Below are positions 8,252 to 12,459 of a stretch of 12,459 nt of DNA, piece by piece. The stretch comes from a bacterium (lineage in GTDB: Bacteria > SZUA-182 > DTGQ01 > JAFGSM01), in the NCBI GenBank assembly GCA_049472315.1, contig JBLIRN010000079.1, positions 1-12,459 on the forward strand, in the 5' to 3' direction. A program made the position numbers and the translations under genes. The notes below the pieces were generated by a model. It was given only the letters and a program-made list of their open reading frames with translations, did not search any database and was not told where the DNA came from. Each line of letters starts with the position of its first letter. Position 1 is the first letter of the stretch.

Positions 8252-8277
8252 GCATGGTGAGCCTCCTGGAAGGCTGC

Positions 8278-8541
8278 TCAATTCGAATATGGGCTGAGTT
8301 TTGTCTCCAAACAGTCAGCACCTGGATCATGGTGGGTAATGGTTGCCATTTTAAGGTCTTCATTGGTTGCCGGCTGATCCGGCTTGCGCGTGGTATCCTT
8401 CGTGAGTTGTCTGAAGGGATTCGTATGTGCTTCATATCGGGCTTCCACGTGCGTGGAGTAATTCCGGACATTTTTCGGTGAGACGGAGCCGTCTGCGAAG
8501 ATCTTCTTCAGTATCCTTATCGTGATTTGCCTTATTTCCAT
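8278..8541 (-). CDS. Small hypothetical protein (87 aa), 'TNPF..LT' family copy 1
   Basis: Strong RBS (AAGGAGGGGGAG just upstream of the ATG), downstream terminator, and a motif shared with the ORF at 12220-12459. Confidence 0.7.
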   Translation of the reverse strand: MEIRQITIRILKKIFADGSVSPKNVRNYSTHVEARYEAHTNPFRQLTKDTTRKPDQPATNEDLKMATITHHDPGADCLETKLSPYSN

Positions 8542-8599
8542 TGTTCTCCCCCCTCCTTCTCTACAATGGCTACAGTACCTTTATTGATAACAGGAATGA

Positions 8600-8932
8600 T
8601 CAGTACCCCCCGGAACCGGCAAAGTCGAGCTCACAGATCACCTGGTAATAAGAAGGGCGCCTTTGATTGAAATAATCCTTAACCTGTTCCAACTGATCCC
8701 AATCATCCACAAATCCTCTGACCGTGATGCCCTTTTTTGACATATTAATACATATATTAAAGACCTTTTCTGCGACCTCGATCTTACGGTTCCTGAGCAT
8801 ATCGGATTTCATGACCTCGCCCAAGGTGACAGGCCTTCTTAATGCCTCCGCCTGTCCCCTTCCCATAAGACCCAATGTGGCCATCACAATGGCTGCAATA
8901 CACAATCCCTTTTGTAACCCTTTGTGTGTCAT
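8600..8932 (-). CDS. Secreted small protein with a BON-like domain (110 aa), copy 1
   Basis: Signal peptide (LCIAAIVMATLGLMGRGQAEA); ITVRGFVDD followed by a helix resembles the BON core VTLxGxV; AAAGGGGG RBS; upstream sigma-54 promoter; in-window paralog at 11378-11645. The BON assignment is motif-level only. Confidence 0.78.
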   Translation of the reverse strand: MTHKGLQKGLCIAAIVMATLGLMGRGQAEALRRPVTLGEVMKSDMLRNRKIEVAEKVFNICINMSKKGITVRGFVDDWDQLEQVKDYFNQRRPSYYQVICELDFAGSGGY

Positions 8933-9006
8933 TTTGATCTACCCCCTTTCTTTTTTCTCTTTTGTGAACCCTTGTCAACCCTTCCCTCTGTCTACTCTAT
9001 GTATTG

Positions 9007-9023
9007 AGCAAATGGGATGCCAG
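9007..9023 (-). promoter_or_regulatory. Sigma-54 (RpoN) -24/-12 promoter
   Basis: Minus strand CTGGCATCCCATTTGCT gives GG-N10-GC, close to TGGCACG-N4-TTGCW. It is ~75 nt upstream of ATG 8932 and divergent from a sigma-54 activator. Confidence 0.8.
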
Positions 9024-9103
9024 ATGGATAAAAAACTGTAATATGAAGCCAGACGCGGAATATGGAGAAATTATAGTGCACGCGGAGGGGTTATTTTTGT
9101 TAG

Positions 9104-9132
9104 TTATGACCTGACAAAACTGAAGGTCATAA
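9104..9132. promoter_or_regulatory. Perfect inverted repeat, candidate upstream activator sequence (enhancer)
   Basis: TTATGACCT-N11-AGGTCATAA, about 110-135 bp upstream of the predicted sigma-54 start site. Confidence 0.6.
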
Positions 9133-9274
9133 GACATAACAACCTGAAAAATAATGATATATAAATTTTTATGGTGTATTGTGTATAGCAGATAAATACT
9201 AACACCTTGCAGATGACATTTCCCTTCGGACTATCGAACATATCCCCCTTTCACCGGGTATTTGACATTGATCA

Positions 9275-9304
9275 TTGACAAGTCTAAGGATTATTTGTTA
9301 ATAT
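9275..9304 (+). promoter_or_regulatory. Candidate sigma-70 promoter facing the activator gene
   Basis: TTGACA (9275-9280), 18-bp spacer, TAATAT (9299-9304) with an extended -10 TG at 9296-9297. The context is AT-rich, so a chance match is possible. Confidence 0.5.
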
Positions 9305-9723
9305 TTAAAATGAAATATATTTTTATTTATAAGTCTTATAACCGATCAATTAATAAAGACGATCCTTCAAACAATTTTGCATTCAACCCTTGTAACGGAT
9401 TTTCAACCTGACGATTCGGCCTGAAGATTTTCGCATCTTCCTGTGGGGATTGTAGGGCACGCATTTCGTATCTCCTTCTCTTTTTCAACCGGTGCCGATA
9501 TGAGGCCTTATTCTTCATTGTTTTTATTTGATATGGATCTATATCAGATGGAACAGTCAAGAGAGACCCCTATTCGATATATAATATAATCTTTGACTTT
9601 CGGATACCTCATGGCTTGGTGCAGAGAGATTCAATAAATTTCGCTCCATGGATGTGGGAAATATTTTACAGCGATGGAAATCCATGGCTATGTTTTAACC
9701 GACCAAAGCATTCGTTAAGGATC

Positions 9724-11436
9724 ATGGACTATCTCAGTGTGGAAAATCTCGATGCCATAAACCGTGATCTTGAGCATAAGGTTGTCCGATTGACAACGCT
9801 CTACAGCATTTCGAGCGCACTCAATTCCATCATCGATCGGGACGAATTGCTGAAGTTCATCCTGCGCAAGACAAAGGAGCTCTTGGACGTGGAGGGTGCC
9901 TCCATCATCTTCTGGGACCCGAGGGAGAACATGTTCTATTTCCCTGTTGTGGCAGAGGAGTCGGATGAGGTGGAGAAAAAATTGAAGCAGCTCCGTTTCC
10001 CCTCGGATTCGGGTATTGCCGGCTGGGTATTCCGCGAGAAGAAGCCGGCCTTGGTCAACGATGTCGCCAATGACGAACGCTTTTACCACGTGGTCGACGA
10101 GATCACCAAGACCCAAACACAATCGATATTGTGCGTTCCGCTATACGGTACGAACTCCCCCCTGGGGGTGATCGAAGCGGTAAATAAAAAGAGCGGTCCA
10201 TTTACAGAGGATGACCAGCAGCTTCTGACAGCCATGGCCGACAATATCACTACCTCCATCGAAAAGTCCAACCTGTACCATGATCTGCAAAAGGCCGAGG
10301 CGTTTCTCAGGCGCCAGAACGCAGAGCTGAAACAAACCGTCATGCAGAGTTACCGGTTTGAAAATATCATCGGGAACAGCGACAAGATCATGGACGTCAT
10401 GAAAAAGGCCGAGCATGTGGCCCTCACCGATGCCACGGTCCTGATCTATGGAGAGACGGGCACCGGCAAGGAGTTGCTCGCCCAGGCCATTCACAATGAC
10501 AGCCCCCGGGCGCACAGAAATTTTATGGCGATCAACTGCGGCGCCATTCCTGAAAACCTCCTGGAAAGCGAATTGTTCGGGCACGAGCGAGGGGCGTTTA
10601 CCACTGCAACCACCCGGAGGATCGGGCGGTTTGAGGAGGCAAACGGCGGTACGCTCTTTCTCGATGAGATCGGCGATATGCCCTTGACCCTCCAGGTGAA
10701 GCTCCTGCGCGTTCTCCAGGAGTGCGCCATACAGCATTTGGGAAGCAACCAGGAAATCCCGGTGGATGTCCGGGTGATCGCAGCCACCAACCATGACCTA
10801 AAAAGGCTCGTGGAGGAGGGCAGGTTCAGGGAGGATCTCTATTACCGGCTCAAGGTATTTGAACTGGAGATCCCTCCGTTGCGTGATCGAAAAGAGGATA
10901 TACCGCTCCTCATCGGTCATTTCGTCAAGGCAAATAATAAAAGGTATGGAAAGAAGATACTGGGGGTGGATATCAATGCCCTCGATCTTTTGTGCAACTA
11001 CGAATACCCCGGTAATGTGCGGGAACTGAAACACATCATGGAAAGGGCCTTTATCCTCTCCAGAAAGAACCTGATCGGAATCGACTGCCTCCCCAAGGAG
11101 ATATGTCGCATACGAACGGCTGTTGAAGTGCCGTCTTCACCCGGGGACACCTTCACCGTCCCCCGGGATAACGAGGAGTTAAAGGCGGTGAAGGCGGAGG
11201 TGAAAAAGAAGGCGGAAGAAAGGATTGAGCGTCTGTTCCTGGCGGAGCTTCTGTCCAGGACCAGCGGCAATGTCTCCGAAGCCGCTCGACAAGCCAACAT
11301 GAACCGCTCCTGGCTTGCCCAGATGGTTTGCAAATACAAGCTTGATCTGAGTCAATACCGGAAGAGAAGACATCAGGTTAATCCGCAACCACGATCTCCG
11401 AGACGAGCCGATATGTCCTGGGGCCCTTCATCATAA
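9724..11436 (+). CDS. Sigma-54-dependent transcriptional activator (GAF + AAA+ + Fis-type HTH)
   Basis: GAF ([38 protein letters not shown]); Walker [24 protein letters not shown]; Walker [46 protein letters not shown] 9724 is preferred; the ORF is open from 9616. Confidence 0.95.
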   Translation: MDYLSVENLDAINRDLEHKVVRLTTLYSISSALNSIIDRDELLKFILRKTKELLDVEGASIIFWDPRENMFYFPVVAEESDEVEKKLKQLRFPSDSGIAGWVFREKKPALVNDVANDERFYHVVDEITKTQTQSILCVPLYGTNSPLGVIEAVNKKSGPFTEDDQQLLTAMADNITTSIEKSNLYHDLQKAEAFLRRQNAELKQTVMQSYRFENIIGNSDKIMDVMKKAEHVALTDATVLIYGETGTGKELLAQAIHNDSPRAHRNFMAINCGAIPENLLESELFGHERGAFTTATTRRIGRFEEANGGTLFLDEIGDMPLTLQVKLLRVLQECAIQHLGSNQEIPVDVRVIAATNHDLKRLVEEGRFREDLYYRLKVFELEIPPLRDRKEDIPLLIGHFVKANNKRYGKKILGVDINALDLLCNYEYPGNVRELKHIMERAFILSRKNLIGIDCLPKEICRIRTAVEVPSSPGDTFTVPRDNEELKAVKAEVKKKAEERIERLFLAELLSRTSGNVSEAARQANMNRSWLAQMVCKYKLDLSQYRKRRHQVNPQPRSPRRADMSWGPSS

Positions 11437-11645
11437 CATATTCCTCAACCTCTCGTTTTTCCTTTGGATCATCCACCGTACCGACTATCGTAACGGTCTT
11501 CTCATCGCGATCCACAATGACCTGGAATAATTTCTCGCGAAGCTCCAGGCCCCATTGCATGATGTTCGAGGATTCCATTGCGCCCCGCAAGTCTGTTACC
11601 CTTCTTGATGCCTCGCTGAAACGAACAGTTCCGCATACGAAGGAG
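11378..11645 (-). pseudogene. BON-like protein copy 2, 5'-truncated (could be expressed from 11590 or 11578 without a signal peptide)
   Basis: Gapless 16/56 identity to 8600-8932 (hand count). Similarity continues upstream of the called start (SEASRRVTDLRGAMES vs AEALRRPVTLGEVMKS), but there is no start codon before the in-frame TGA at 11671-11669. Confidence 0.65.
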
Positions 11646-11655
11646 ATACAGCGCC

Positions 11656-12168
11656 ATGAGTGAACGACTCAATGGGGCTGAACTCAATAAGATGATCGAG
11701 GCCTATTTTTCGATCTTCATGGATGCCATCTATGCCAATAACGGTGATGTGAATGAAACCGCAGGGGATGGTCTCATGGTCATCTTTTTGAATAAGGATG
11801 AGAAGGAGAATGCATTGGAGGTCGTGCGATCGGCATTGATGATCCGCGAGAAGATTGCCCTCATCAATCGAGAGGCCAGGATCTCCTCGGAGCCCCTTGT
11901 GGTCAATATGGGGATCAGCTCCGGCCGGGCTTTCCTGGGCGTATCAAGATTCGAGAGCCTGACGGAATGCCGCTGTACCTATACGGCCCGGGGGATGGTC
12001 ACGAATGTGGCTGCAAGGATAGGTGCCCATGCATCCGAAGGTGCCATCCTGATCTCAGGATCCACGGCGGACCGCGTAAAGGCACATTTTGCCGTCACCC
12101 CTCTCGGAAAATTGAACCTGGAAAATGTGTCGGATGAGGTGGAGATCTTTGCAGTCAGTGTAAAATAA
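11656..12168 (+). pseudogene. Class III adenylate/guanylate cyclase catalytic domain, N-terminally truncated
   Basis: GDVNETAGDGLMVIF, VNMGISSG, YTARGMVTNVAARI, ILISGST. The first strand carrying the metal-binding Asp (F-x-D-I-x-G) is missing: upstream reads RRRYSAMSERL, with an in-frame TGA at 11617. An AAGGAG precedes the ATG, so the fragment may still be translated. Confidence 0.75.
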
Positions 12169-12200
12169 AAAGGGCCCCTTCAAATATCAGAACCCTTTTT
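12162..12200 (-). terminator. Intrinsic terminator between convergent genes (best for the minus strand)
   Basis: Minus strand GGGTTCT, loop, GGGGCCC (G-U pairs), followed by TTTTATTTT. Flanking A/T tracts are compatible with bidirectional use. Confidence 0.55.
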
Positions 12201-12219
12201 ATGTAGAAGGAGAGTTATT

Positions 12220-12459
12220 TCAGGCGTGGGCAAAACCTCTTTTGAAATACCCCCAAAAGGGCATATTGTCGTTCAATTTCTGAATGTTTTCTCCTGAGTC
12301 GCGATTCCGTGAAGGTCCCTTTTCAACCCGATCACGATTTTCATCCGTGAGCATTGCAAAGGGATTGGTTTGTTTCAGGCATTCGGTTTCCAGTGCCCTG
12401 TAATAATCCTGTTTCTTTTCTATCGGCATGGCATATTTGGTCCGACAACTTTCCGCTGC
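12220..12459 (-). CDS. Small hypothetical protein, 'TNPF..LT' family copy 2 (5' end may lie beyond the window)
   Basis: The frame is open to the window edge (AAESCRTKYA-MPIEKKQDYY...). It shares Y....E......TNPF..LT with 8278-8541 and is followed by a terminator. Confidence 0.6.
   Translation of the reverse strand, partial: AAESCRTKYAMPIEKKQDYYRALETECLKQTNPFAMLTDENRDRVEKGPSRNRDSGENIQKLNDNMPFWGYFKRGFAHA

Noticed and set aside
8230..8280. TGA followed by a hairpin as possible selenocysteine recoding of TNPF-1
   Set aside because: Read-through adds only 14 codons before TAA, there is no redox-motif context, and the hairpin includes the TGA itself.
8906..8980. Similar TTTTGT(G)AACCCTT segments in the leader and the start of BON-like-1
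   Set aside because: Short, imperfect, in pyrimidine-rich low-complexity sequence; no function can be supported.
9310..9411. 33-codon ORF (MKYIFIYKSY...) starting near the predicted +1 of the 9275 promoter
   Set aside because: AT-rich, atypical codon usage and no recognisable motif; unsupported without Ribo-seq or conservation.
9336..9560. Minus-strand 74-aa ORF
   Set aside because: TTG start, no RBS, no motif; it lies in AT-rich intergenic DNA.
9715..11388. Minus-strand ORFs inside the activator (e.g. 10141-10794)
   Set aside because: Antisense shadows of the conserved AAA+ and GAF coding region.
11656..12168. Pycsar/CBASS-type anti-phage cyclase system
   Set aside because: No adjacent TM or TIR effector with a cyclic-nucleotide-binding domain; the cyclase looks like a truncated signalling-type class III domain.

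Overview
Bacterial DNA from a diderm organism (it carries an outer-membrane phospholipase). The gene content, a sigma-54 activator and an 'NETAGDG' class III cyclase, suggests Desulfobacterota/Deltaproteobacteria, but that is inference. The left two-thirds are repair and envelope genes: the 5' end of a membrane protein, a short tandem-repeat patch, endonuclease III (nth) with a non-canonical Fe-S motif, a GT-C-type membrane glycosyltransferase, phospholipase A1 (pldA), a ~700-aa exported/membrane protein of unknown function, and an FAD oxidoreductase (protoporphyrinogen oxidase/UDP-galactopyranose mutase-like). The right third (8.2-12.46 kb) is the most interesting part. A GAF-AAA+-HTH sigma-54 activator with GAFTTA in place of GAFTGA is divergent from a near-consensus -24/-12 promoter with a perfect upstream palindrome. 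That promoter precedes two small genes, a secreted BON-like protein and a 'TNPF..LT' protein, closed by a terminator. Both small proteins appear to have diverged second copies on the far side of the activator, flanking a class III nucleotide cyclase. The cyclase and the second BON-like gene both lose their 5' ends at the same point (~11645). No rRNA, tRNA, CRISPR array or intact transposase was seen.
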